A model generated the notes under the pieces. The model did no database searches. It was not told where the DNA came from and saw only the letters and a program-made list of their open reading frames with translations. DNA of 64,000 nt from the human T2T-CHM13v2.0 reference genome, Homo sapiens. Location: contig CP086569.2 of assembly GCA_009914755.4 (NCBI GenBank), positions 16,128,001-16,192,000 of the forward strand, given 5' to 3'. Shown piece after piece: positions 30,151 through 40,099 of this stretch (the first letter of the stretch is position 1; each line of letters begins with the position of its first letter). Position numbers and translations under genes: made by a program.

Positions 30151-31829
30151 TTTCTTGGTCCCCACCCTGAACTGACTGAATCAGAAACACTGGAGGCAGA
30201 GAGGGGTCACTAACTATTTTATCAAGCCCCCCTCCCACCAAGGAGATTCTATTAAGTTTGAGAACAGATGCTCAATCTATAATTTTATAATTTGCAATAG
30301 TTTCACTTCAGCCTTTATGACATGTGCTTTCTCACATCATATATTATTATTTGAAAACAAAATTTAACATCTACTTGTAATATTTTAATATAAAGCAAGC
30401 CCACTATGTACTTAATCATTATATTTGGGGCCATTTGATTTTTTCCATTTTTTATAAAATACAAATAATACTCAATGAATACTCTTGACAGTAAATATTT
30501 TCACACCTCTCTGAATATTTCCCTTAAATTCAGCATCATGATTACTAAATTATAGAGTTTACACATTTTTATCTTTATGGTGTTTTGGCCACTTCATTCA
30601 GCCTGAACTTTTCCTGTTGATGGAGAACTAATACTTCCATTCATCACAAACTAGGAAGGCAATAAGGGTTATTGGCTATTTTTATTTTATTGCAAATACT
30701 GCTGGATTACCAATTCATTCTCGTTTAATTTTCCTCTCAAGCCAGGAGAAAGAGATAATGTATATATTAATTATATACATTATATAATTATATACATTAA
30801 TTATAGTCTCACTGGTTCCTTGCTACTTATGATGCTTTGCCCAGCTTTTTATTTCTAAGTCCTTGTTTCTTTACATACATCTAAACCATGACACTACCCT
30901 ACCTACTTCATGGTATAGAAAATAATGATAGAACTTGTGCAGAAAGCCCTTTGTAACTGCTGAGCACAATATAACATGTGAGGTACTTTTATAACTATAC
31001 TCAATGCTGTGAAAATTTCACACACAGAGGACCTCTGCAATGGAAAATCCTCATTTTCTTTGAGCCAAGACTTTCATCAGCCTGGCCTAAGCTGTATTCT
31101 GAATTCCTAAGGGATCTGCAGAAGCTTTAGTATTCACATACGCATATTTGGTGACTATATTAATACACTACCTAAATTTCTGGGATTTGATTCACTTTAG
31201 GTAGAATTTGTAAATAGTGTGTTTCTGGCTTATTTTTTATTTCTTCCTGCTTTTTTTTTTTTTAAAGTCATGTGCCAATTCCTTTGCATCCATCTTTATG
31301 GAGCTTGCTTCAGCTGCTTTTTGGGGAAGAGGCAGTAGAGAAACAGAAAAACAATCCAACAAACAAGCAGATAGATACAGATAGATAGATAGATACAATG
31401 TAAGATCTATTTGATACTTTCTCTTCCTTTCTGAACCTATATAGCATGGTGTATATTTAAATGGAAACTATAACACCTGCAAGAAAACAGGTAATGCTTT
31501 CCATTTTCACCAGTTGAGTGTAAAGAGCCTCAGATTTCTGTCTAAATTAGGACAATTGTAGACTTTGAGAGCTGTAAATGAACAGTAGTCTACTACAGTG
31601 CTTTAATAGCTTCGAAAGATACCTGTCCCCCACAACACACACCCATGCTACAAGTACTTTCTCTTCCAATAAGGATTCACTTTGAAAAGACTGTTTTGAG
31701 ACATATAATGTTATAGGAGTTATTAAGAAATTATTTTAGGCATATAGAGAGGAAAAAGGGTCCTTGGGATGTTTTCATTTATTTTAAAGTAGCTCTAGAA
31801 AGTTTTTTTGTCTAGCAGGAAATCCCTGG

Positions 31830-32330
31830 CTGTTAGAGCCTGCAGGCAAACTTTGATATGCAAATGCTGACCATGAGACACTGGGTCCACCCAAGCATGA
31901 TGATTCCCATGGTCCTTACCTTGCCCCAACATGTGCCTGGTAATAAGGCCTCTCTCACATATCCACAGGTGCATAGACCATCATGGTGCCATGCATTAGT
32001 ATTTTAAAAAGCTAGGGTGGGAGGGACAGCTTTTTCTCTGGCTACATGAATGACATGTCTGGTCAAACCATATAAGCAGCCACATATCACTCCCCCACCA
32101 CCAGCCCACAACACAGGGTTTCTTTTTGTTGGAATGCCCCCTCCCTCTGTCTCTGTATGGGGCAGCTGTTTTCTCCTTCCTTCCTTCTTTCTTGGCTATT
32201 AAACTTTTCATTCCTTAAAAACACTCCACATGTGTCCATGTTGTTAATCCTATCCACATGAGACCAAGAACATTGGTGTTTCTCCAGTCATTGGAGCCTG
32301 ATCAATAAGAGAAGCTGTTGGTATGCCTTA
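31830..32330 (+). mobile_element. possible solo LTR of unidentified ERV family (TATA-like and polyA-signal-like motifs)
   Basis: Non-Alu/L1 sequence containing ccatataagcagcc (TATA-like) about 120 bp upstream of ggctattaaacttttcattcc (attaaa signal), giving a U3-R-like layout. I cannot name the family. Confidence 0.3.
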
Positions 32331-33240
32331 ATTAGGGCAAATGAGAAGAGGGCTGTGGAAACAACTTGACAGATTGCTCATCAGAGCAGAAAGAAGCTTC
32401 TATGTCTTTTCACAGTCACACTGTCCCATTTACATCCCTGAAATATTCTCTTTCCCCAAGAGTTGCTAAGCAGGCAATCCCAAAAGGGGAGACTTGGAAA
32501 CACCGTCTATCTGGAAGAGGACCTACCCCACACTCTGGTAAAGAATAGGGTATCTATACATCCTCAATGAAGAAACTGAGCGGAAAAGCCAGGATGATGA
32601 GGCTTCCAAATTTATTTGCAACCTTAGGCCAAGCTCCCAAGGCCAGCTACCTAAGAACTGCCACTTTGCCCTCTTTGATTTCCAGGGAATTAATACACCC
32701 CAAGTTCAGTTGCATGTCACCTGCAGCCTGGGAGAAACATGGTGACTTGGGGCTCCCTGCAAGAGACATGATGTGTGATTCAGCCCCTTTTGATGCAGTG
32801 CTTAAGGAAATATCAGGGAGCAGAGAGTGAATAATCATTTGCATCCCGGGTGCCACAGGCAGCTTTCCAAGAGGGAGCCTGCAGTAGCCAAGGCTTCCAA
32901 GGAGGCCAGAGACCCCTGTTTAGTTTTGAGCTCAGCATGGGGAAAGAAAGAGAGATAGAGAGAGGAAGAGTGACCATTTCCAACAAAGTAGACAAATGAA
33001 GGGTTAAATAAAAACAGTGGTATCCATGGAAGAATTGGGAGAGCACACTGTCTGGAGCCTTTATTTTATGTTAATCACTCCTGTAGTTGCTACAGCCTCA
33101 GAAAGACACATTTCTTATGCAGACAGTGTTCGTTGTCAAAGGCTGATCAAGGATGCAGGAGTGTGGCCACAAAATGAATTAGCTCTGTGGGTACCAAATG
33201 GAAAAACCAGTTCAAACCAGAGCATGGCACACCAGCTCCA

Positions 33241-33696
33241 GTAAGGGAGGAGACCACCCCTTATATTATCTTCTGCCCAATTTGTGCCTCCAAAGAAAGG
33301 AGAAGTAAAAACTAAAAGGCACAAATAAATCCATAGGCAGACAGCCCAGCACCACACCCTAGGCCTGGGAGTTAAAGATCAACCCCTGACCTATTGGTTA
33401 TGTTATATATAGATTTCAGAATTGTATGGAAAAGCACTCTGAAAATCCCTGTCCTGTTCTGTGCTGATTATCGGTGCATGCAGCCCCCAGTCACATATCC
33501 TCTGCTTGCTCAATCAATCACAAACCTCTCACAAAGAACCCCTTAGACTTATAAGCCCTTAAGAGGTATAGGAATTGCTCACTCAGGGAGCTTGGTTTTA
33601 GAGACATGAGTCTTGCCAATGCTTCCAGCTGAATAAAGCCCTTCCTTCTTTAACTTGGTGTCTGAGGGGTTTTGTCTGTAGCTCATGTTCCTAATT
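33241..33696 (+). mobile_element. 5' LTR of the HERV-E-like provirus
   Basis: About 85% identical by eye to the 3' copy at 48613-49073. Contains the polyA-signal region aataaagcccttccttctttaacttggtgtctgaggggttttgtctg. Confidence 0.8.
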
Positions 33697-33699
33697 TCT

Positions 33700-33717
33700 T
33701 GGTTCCCTGACCAGGAA
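33700..33717 (+). promoter_or_regulatory. primer-binding site (PBS), complementary to the tRNA-Glu 3' end
   Basis: tggttccctgaccaggaa matches TGGTTCCCTGACCGGGAA (reverse complement of tRNA-Glu ...TTCCCGGTCAGGGAACCA) at 17 of 18 positions. It lies 4 nt after the LTR end. Confidence 0.75.
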
Positions 33718-34304
33718 GCAAGGTGATTAACAAACAGTTGAGGAAGCCCCTTAGGCAGCTTAGGCCTTCCCTGTGGAGCATCCCCATGGGGGACTCCAAC
33801 CAGCTTGAACAACACAGATACTGCGAATGCTCACAGGTAGGCAATTGCTCAAACTATAAAATTGTGTGTGTGCCCTCTTTACTTGCTTTTTGTTTTGTGG
33901 TGTGCATGTTGTGTGAGTGTGGTGTTTTGTCTCCAGGAAACAAAGGTCAGGCACAAAATAACCCCATCCCACAAGGAAATATGATGAAAAATGTCAAAAA
34001 GGGATTTAAGGGAGACTATGGAGTTACTATGATGCCAGGAAAACTTAGAACTTTGTGTGAGATAGACAGGCCAGCATTAGAAGTGGATTGGCCATAAGAA
34101 GGAAGCCTGGACTGGTCCCTTGTCTTGAGGATATGGCACAGGGTAATCTGTAAGCCAGGGCACCCAGATCAGTTCCCATATATAGATTCTTGGTTACAAC
34201 TGGTTTTAGATCCCCCACAATTTTTAAGAGGATAGGCAGCAGCAGTACTAGTAGCAAAGGGACAGTTAGTTAAGGAAGGCTTTTGCTCCACCCACCAAGG
34301 GAAG

Positions 34305-35350
34305 TTGGTACCAAAAGTCCTGTCCAACCCAACAGCAGAAGAATCATGGCAGGAATTGGTACCAGCAGTGCCCCGTCCTTATCAAGAGGGAGGGCTTCAC
34401 ACTCCTGAACCCACAGCACCTCCATGTCCACCAGATATCCACACTCCTAGACCACCAAGAGTAGACAAAAGAGGAAGTGAAGCCATGGGAGAAACTCCTC
34501 CCTTGGCAGCTCACTTATGGCCCAAGGCTAGAATCCAAATGCCCCTGAGAGAGCAGCAATATATTTGGGTAGATGAGGAGAGACACATGGTGGAAAGGCA
34601 TGCCTTTATGTATCAACCTTTCACCTCTGCTGACCTCAATTGGAAGAATAATACTCCTTCTTACACCAAAAAGTCTCAAGCTTTAATTGACTTGCTCCAA
34701 ACTATTATATAGACTGACAATCCTACTTGGGCTGATTGCTACCAGCTGCTCAGCTGCCAGGAACAGACCCCCAATGGGACCCAATCAAGGGACCAAACAT
34801 GGAAAGGCTAAGATGGTACCATGAGGCATTAATAGAAGATCAAAGAAGGGGTTTCAAAAGGCTACAAATGTAAATAAGGTCTCTGAGGTCATCCAAGGAA
34901 AAGAGGAGAGTCCAGCGCAATTCTATGAAAGACTGTGTGAGGCTTACCGTATGTACACTCCTTTTGATCTAGATAGCCCTGAAAATCAGCGCATGATTAA
35001 CATGGCCTTAGCTAGTCAAAGTGCAGAAGATATCAGGAGAAAACTGCAGAAACAGGCTGGGTTTGCATGTATGAATACCTCGCAGTTACTGGAAATAGCC
35101 AATTAAGTGTTTCTGAATAGAGATTCAACAAGCCGCAGAGAAAGCTGTAAGGAAGACGAATGTCAGGCTAGGTGAAATGCTGACTTACTGGCTGTGGCCA
35201 CTAGGGGAATTCCCCCAAAAGAAGAGGGAAAAGGGGGTTCTGGGAAGGATACCCAGTCTAATTGCCCACACTTGCAATGTAACCAATGTGACTATTGTAA
35301 TGAAATAGAACATTGGAAAGATAAGTGTCCCCAAGTGAAGGAAAAGTAAT
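34305..35350 (+). pseudogene. gag remnant (MA/p12/CA/NC) of the HERV-E-like provirus, multiple stops and frameshifts
   Basis: 135-aa ORF at 34305-34712 ends ...MYQPFTSADLNWKNNTPSYTKKSQALIDLLQTII (MLV-like p12/CA junction motif [21 protein letters not shown]). A Q/E/A-rich CA-like region sits downstream. NC zinc knuckle CDYCNEIEHWKDKC at about 35290-35335. Confidence 0.75.
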
Positions 35351-35440
35351 GTGATTCAGAACAAAAGACCTCAGCTAAAGATGAGGGAGCTTTTTTCAAT
35401 CTGGCTGAAGGGCTATTAGACTGAAGGAGACTGGGCTCAA

Positions 35441-35701
35441 GTGCCCCCCAGGATTACAAAGGGGGGCAAGGACATTAAGTTTTTGGTCAATAATGGCGCT
35501 GACCATTCAGTAGTGATCACCTTGGTTGTCCTCTTAACCAAGAAAACTGTTGTTATAATCAGAGCAACAGGAGTTTCCACTAAGCAGGCTTTCTGTCTAC
35601 TGAGGACCTGCTCAGTGGGGGGACATGAAATAGTTCACCAGTTCTTGTACATACCTAACTGTCCCTTGTTTTGCTGGGAAGAGACTTGCTTAGCAAGCTG
35701 A
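35441..35701 (+). pseudogene. protease remnant (active site degraded to NNG/ADHSVV)
   Basis: 86-aa ORF ...IKFLVNNGADHSVVITLVVLLTKK... aligns with retropepsin LVDTGA.HSVL. Confidence 0.6.
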
Positions 35702-35867
35702 CATCCACCATCTCCTTTACAAAACAGCACTCTTTACAGCTAAAGTTACGAGGAACAGGAGTTAACATGGCCCTTAGGGTCCCCCTGGAAGAAGAATGGA
35801 GACTTTTTCTAACTGAGACAGGCCAAGAGATAAAACCAGCTCTAGTAAGTGATGGCCCCAAGTATGG

Positions 35868-37200
35868 GTGGAGGATAATCCTCTGGGAGTGGCAGTCAAA
35901 CAACCCACCTTTCCCATAGAAGTTAAGCCCAGGGCCCAGTCAATTAGACAAAAGCAGTATCCACTTCTCAGAGAAGCTCTCAAAGGAATCCAGGTTCATC
36001 TCAGGCACTTGAAAGCCTATGGAATTATAGTTTCTTGCCAGTCTCCATGGTACACCCCGCTCCTGCCTGTACCTAAGCCAGGGACCAAGGACTTTCAGCT
36101 AGTACAGGACTTGTATTTGGTCAACCAAGCTACAGTGACTTTGCACTCAACAGTTCCTAACCCTTACACATTGTTAGGGCTGCTGCCAGCTGGGGACAGT
36201 TGGTTTACCTGTCTGGACTTAAAAGATGCCTTCTTTATCATCAGACTAGCTCCTGAGATTCTGAAGCTGTTTGCCTTTCAGTGGGAAGATCCAGAGTCAG
36301 GTATCACTACTCAGTGCACTTGGACCCAGCTTCCCCAAGGGTTCAAGAACTCCCCTACTATCTTTGACAGGGCTCTGGCTCGAGACCTGTAAAAGTTTCC
36401 TGCTAAAGACCAAGTCTGCATCTTGCTCCTGTACATGGATGACCTTCTGCTTGGACACTCCATGGCAGTTGGGTGTGCAAAAGGGACAGATGCCCTGCTT
36501 CAGCACCTGAAGGACTGTGGGTAAAAGTGTCCAAGAAGAAAGCTCAGATCTGCAGACAGCAGATGCTACCTGAGATTCACTGTTCAGAAAGGGGAGAACA
36601 ACCTGAGGTCAGAAAGAAATCAGGTCATCTTCAGCTTGCCAGAACCTAAAACCAGAAGGCAAGTAAGGGAATTACTAGGCCTGTGGGGTTTTGCACATTA
36701 TGGATTCCAAACTTTGCAGTACTAGCCAAGCCATTGTAGAGGGTTACAAAGGGGGATGACCGAGAGCCTCTATAAGCCCCTTTGAATGGGGGCCTCTACA
36801 ACAGAAGACTTTTGTAAGTTAAAGGAAATACTTATGTTGGCCCCAGACCTAGGACTACCAGATTTGACAAAGCCCTTTACACTGTATGTGTCTGAAAGAG
36901 AAAAAATGGCAGTTGGAGTTTTAACCCAGATTGTTGGGCCCTGGGCAGGACCAGTGGCCTATCTCTCAAAACAACTAGATGGGATTTCCAAAGCCTGGTC
37001 CCTTTGTCTAAGGGCACTGGCAGCAATGGTCCTGTTAGAACAAGAAGCAGATAAACTAACCCTTGGGCAAAATCTGAATATAAAGGCCACCCATGCTGTG
37101 ATAACTTTGATGAATACCAAAGGACATCATTGGCTAACAAATGCTAGATTAACCAAGTACCAGAGCTTACCATATGAAAATCCCTCATAAACATAGAAGT
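35868..37200 (+). pseudogene. reverse transcriptase (RT) remnant of the HERV-E-like pol
   Basis: 174-aa ORF at 35868-36392 aligns almost residue by residue with the MLV RT fingers/palm (QSPWYTPLLPVPKPGTKDFQLVQDLYLVNQATV...TVPNPYTLLGLLPAGDSWFTCLDLKDAFF..LAPE...FAFQWEDPESGITTQCTWTQLPQGFKNSPTIFDRALARDL). YMDD box at 36432-36443. Thumb and connection follow with frameshifts. Confidence 0.85.
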
Positions 37201-37331
37201 TTACAACACCCTAAATCCTGCCACCCTGCTCGCAGTAGCAGAGAGCCTGGTCAAGCATAACTGTATAGAGGTGTTGGACTCAGTTTATTCTAGCAGACCT
37301 GACCTTCAGAACCAGCCATGGGCATCAGTAG

Positions 37332-37664
37332 ATGGGGAGTTACGTGGAAGGGAGCAGCTTCATCAACCCACAAGGAGAAAGATGTGCAGGATATGCAGTG
37401 GTAACTTTGGATGTTGTCATTGAAGCCAAACCATTGCCATGGGGCACTTCAGCCCAGAAGGCTGAGCTCATTGCTTTAACTCAGGCTCTAGAACTCAGTG
37501 AAGGTAAGAATGTAAACATCTACACTGACTCTCAATATGCCTTTCTAATCCTTCAAGTGCATGAAGCATTATATAAGGAAAAGGGTCTGTTAAACTCTGG
37601 GGGAAAGGACATAAAATATCAACAAGAAATTCTACAATTACTAGAGGCAGTGTGGAAAACTTAA
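37332..37664 (+). pseudogene. RNase H domain remnant
   Basis: 110-aa ORF YVEGSSFINPQGERCAGYAVVTLDVVIEAKPLPWGTSAQKAELIALTQALELSEGKNVNIYTDSQYAF... has the RNase H signature (TDGSS-like, ..SAQ.AEL.AL..AL, ..N.YTDS.YAF). Confidence 0.85.
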
Positions 37665-37713
37665 GAAGGTGGCAGTCTTGCACTGCAGGGGATACCAGTA
37701 AGCCTCCATATCA

Positions 37714-38518
37714 GTGGCCTTAGGAAACTCTCGAGCTGATTCAGAAGCTCAAAAAGCAGCGTCTACCCCTTACCGGGCATTGGTAGCAGCTGGCCTACTC
37801 CCTCAAACACCTGACCTGGTACCTACCTATTCTAAGGAAGAAAAAGACTTCTTCCACGCAGGAGGGGGCCAAGTAATAAAAGAAGGATGGATCAGACTGC
37901 CAGATGGGTGTATAGCTGTGCCACAGTTGCTGGGAGCCACAGTCATACTGGCCATGCATGAAACCACTCATCTAGGTCAAGAGTCACTTGAAAAGTTGTT
38001 AGGCCAGTACTTCTACATCTCACACTTGCCAGCCTTTGCCAAAACAGTAGCACAACAGTGCATTACTTGCCAATAGCACTATGCGAGGCAAAGCCCCATG
38101 GTTCTGCCTGGCATATAAGCTTATGGAGCAGCTCCTTTTGAGGATCTTCAGGTGGATTTCACAGAAATGTCAGAATGTAGAGTTAACAAGTATTTGCTGG
38201 TTTATGTGTGTACTTACTCCCGGTGAGTGGAGGCTTATACAACATGAACTGAAAAGGCCTATGAGGTAACCTGTGTACTTCTCTGAGATCTTATTCCTAG
38301 GTTTGGACTGCCCTTATGAATCAGCTTAGATAATGGGCCAGCATTTGTGGCTGACTTAGTACAGAGGACAGCAAAGACATTAGGAACCACTTGGAAGCTA
38401 CATGCCACCTACAAACCTCAGAGTTCTGGAAAGATGGAGCAAATGAATCGGACTATCAAAACTAATTTAGGGAAAGTATGACAGGAAATAGGATGAAAGT
38501 GGATATAGGCCCTTCCTA
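37714..38518 (+). pseudogene. integrase N-terminal and catalytic-core remnant, truncated by the HERV9 insertion
   Basis: ...HETTHLGQESLEKLLGQYFYISHLPAFAKTVAQQCITCQ (HHCC zinc finger), then ...FEDLQVDFTEM...GLPL.I.LDNGPAFVADLVQRTAKTLG..WKLHATYKPQSSGKMEQMNRTIKTNLGK (DDE core). Ends abruptly at the LTR12 boundary. Confidence 0.8.
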
Positions 38519-39787
38519 TGGAGAGGTGACAGCTTGCTGGCAGCCCTCACAGCCCTTGCTTGCTCTTGGCACCTCCTCAGCCTTGGTGCCCACTCTGGCC
38601 ATACTTGAGGATCCCTTCAGCCCACTGCTGCACTGTGGAAGCCCTTTCCTGGGCTGCCCAAGGCCAGAGCCGGTTCCCTCAGCTTATGGGGAACTGTGGA
38701 GGGAGAAGCATGGGCAGAAACTGGGGCTGCGAGTGACACTTGCAGGCCAGCATGAGTTCCAAGTGGCCGTGGGCTCTGCAGGCCTCACACTTGGAGCAGC
38801 CGCCCAGCCCGCAAGCCCCAGGCAGTGAGGGGCTTAGCACTGGGCCAGCAGCTGCTGTGCTCGACTTCTCACTGGGCATTACCTGCCTCCCCACAGGGCA
38901 GGGCTCAGGACCTGCAGCCTGCCATGCCTGAGCTTCTCCCTGCTATGGGCTCCTGCGCAGTCTGAGCCTCCCCAACAAACACCGCTCCCTGCTCCATGGT
39001 GCCCAGTCCCATTGAACACCCAAGGGCTGAGAAGTGTGGGCGCACAGTGTGAGACTGGCAGGCAGCTCCACCTCTGGCCCCGGTGTGGGATCCACTGTGT
39101 GAAGCCAGCTGGGCTCCTGAGTCTGGTGGGGACTTGGAGAATCTTTATGTCTAGCTAAGGGATTGTAAATACACCAATTGGCACTCTGTATCTAGCTCAA
39201 GGTTTGTAAACACACCAATCAGCACCTTGTGTCCAGCTCAGGGTTTGTGAATGCACCAATCAACACGCCGTATCTAGTTACTCTAGTGGGGAAATGGAGA
39301 ACTTTTGTGTCTAGCTCGGATGGTAAATGCACCAATCAGCACCCTGTCAAAATGGACCAGTCAGCTGTCTGTAAAACAGACCAATTGGCTCTCTGTAAAA
39401 TGGACCAATAAGCAGGATGTGGGTAGGGCCAGATAAGAGAATAAAAGCAGGCTGCCTGAGCCAGCAGTGGCAACCTGCTGGCTGGGGTCCCCTTCCACAA
39501 TGTGGAAGCTTTGTTCTTTCGCTCTTTGCAATCAATCTTGCTGCTGCTCACTCTTTGTGTCCACATGACCTTTATGAGCTGTAACACTCACCGCAAAGGT
39601 CTGCAGCCTCACTCCTGAGCCAGCAAGACCAGGAACACACCATAAGGAAGAAACTCTGAATACATCCAAACCTCAGAAGGAACAAACTCTGGACATGCCG
39701 TCTTTAAGAACTCTAACACTCACCACAACGGTCTGCAGCTTCATGCTTGAAGTCAGTGAGACCAAGAACTTACCAATTCCAGACACA
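38519..39787 (+). mobile_element. LTR12 (HERV9 LTR), 5' copy
   Basis: gagaggtgacagcttgctggcagccctcacagccc...cttcagccc.ctgctgcactgtgg.agccc ... U3 array of CCAAT-containing repeats (gggattgtaaatacaccaattggcactctgtatctagctcaaggtttgtaaacacaccaatcagcacc...tgtgaatgcaccaatcaacac...) ... agataagagaataaaagcaggctgcc ... ccacaatgtggaagctttgttctttcgctctttgcaatcaatcttgctgctgctcactctttg ... R/U5 tandem gctgtaacactcaccgcaaaggtctgcagcctcactcctgagccagcaagacc / ctctaacactcaccacaacggtctgcagcttcatgcttgaagtcagtgagaccaagaac ... ccaattccagacaca. CpGs largely decayed. Confidence 0.9.
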
Positions 39788-39790
39788 CTT

Positions 39791-39808
39791 TGGCAACCAC
39801 GAAGGGAC
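39791..39808 (+). promoter_or_regulatory. primer-binding site (PBS) of the HERV9 provirus (ERV9 is reported to be primed by tRNA-Arg)
   Basis: tggcaaccacgaagggac lies 3 nt after the LTR12 terminus ...ccagacaca. The tRNA-Arg assignment is from literature memory; the isoacceptor is not verified here. Confidence 0.6.
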
Positions 39809-40099
39809 CATCACCTATTGCCAAGGGGTGAGACTATATCTGAGCAGTGAGACCATCACCTATCACTGAAAGGCATGACTGTCACTTATCACCAAGCAGT
39901 GAGTACCATTGGACCCCTTTCGCTTGCTATTCTGTCCTATTTTTCCTTAGAATTTGGGGGCTAAATACCGGGCATCTGTATCCAGTTAAAAGTGATTAGC
40001 ATGGCCACCAGACTAAAGACATGGGTGTCAGGCTTTCTGGGAAAGTGGTTTCCTAGAACCAGCTTCCGCTTTTCCTGTACTTCTGGGTTGAGCTGAGAG

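Noticed and set aside
33241-33696. Initial thought that the outer provirus is HERV-H (LTR7) or HERV-W (LTR17)
   Set aside because: The PBS matches tRNA-Glu, not tRNA-His (HERV-H) or tRNA-Trp (HERV-W). The LTR sequence does not resemble what I recall of LTR7 or LTR17. Left as HERV-E-like pending a database check.
39100-39450. Regular 35-45 bp repeats with variable intervening sequence, which could be mistaken for a CRISPR-like repeat-spacer array or a minisatellite
   Set aside because: These are the canonical U3 tandem CCAAT-containing repeats of LTR12, duplicated at 46230-46560. This is eukaryotic retroelement sequence. No CRISPR is expected or supported.
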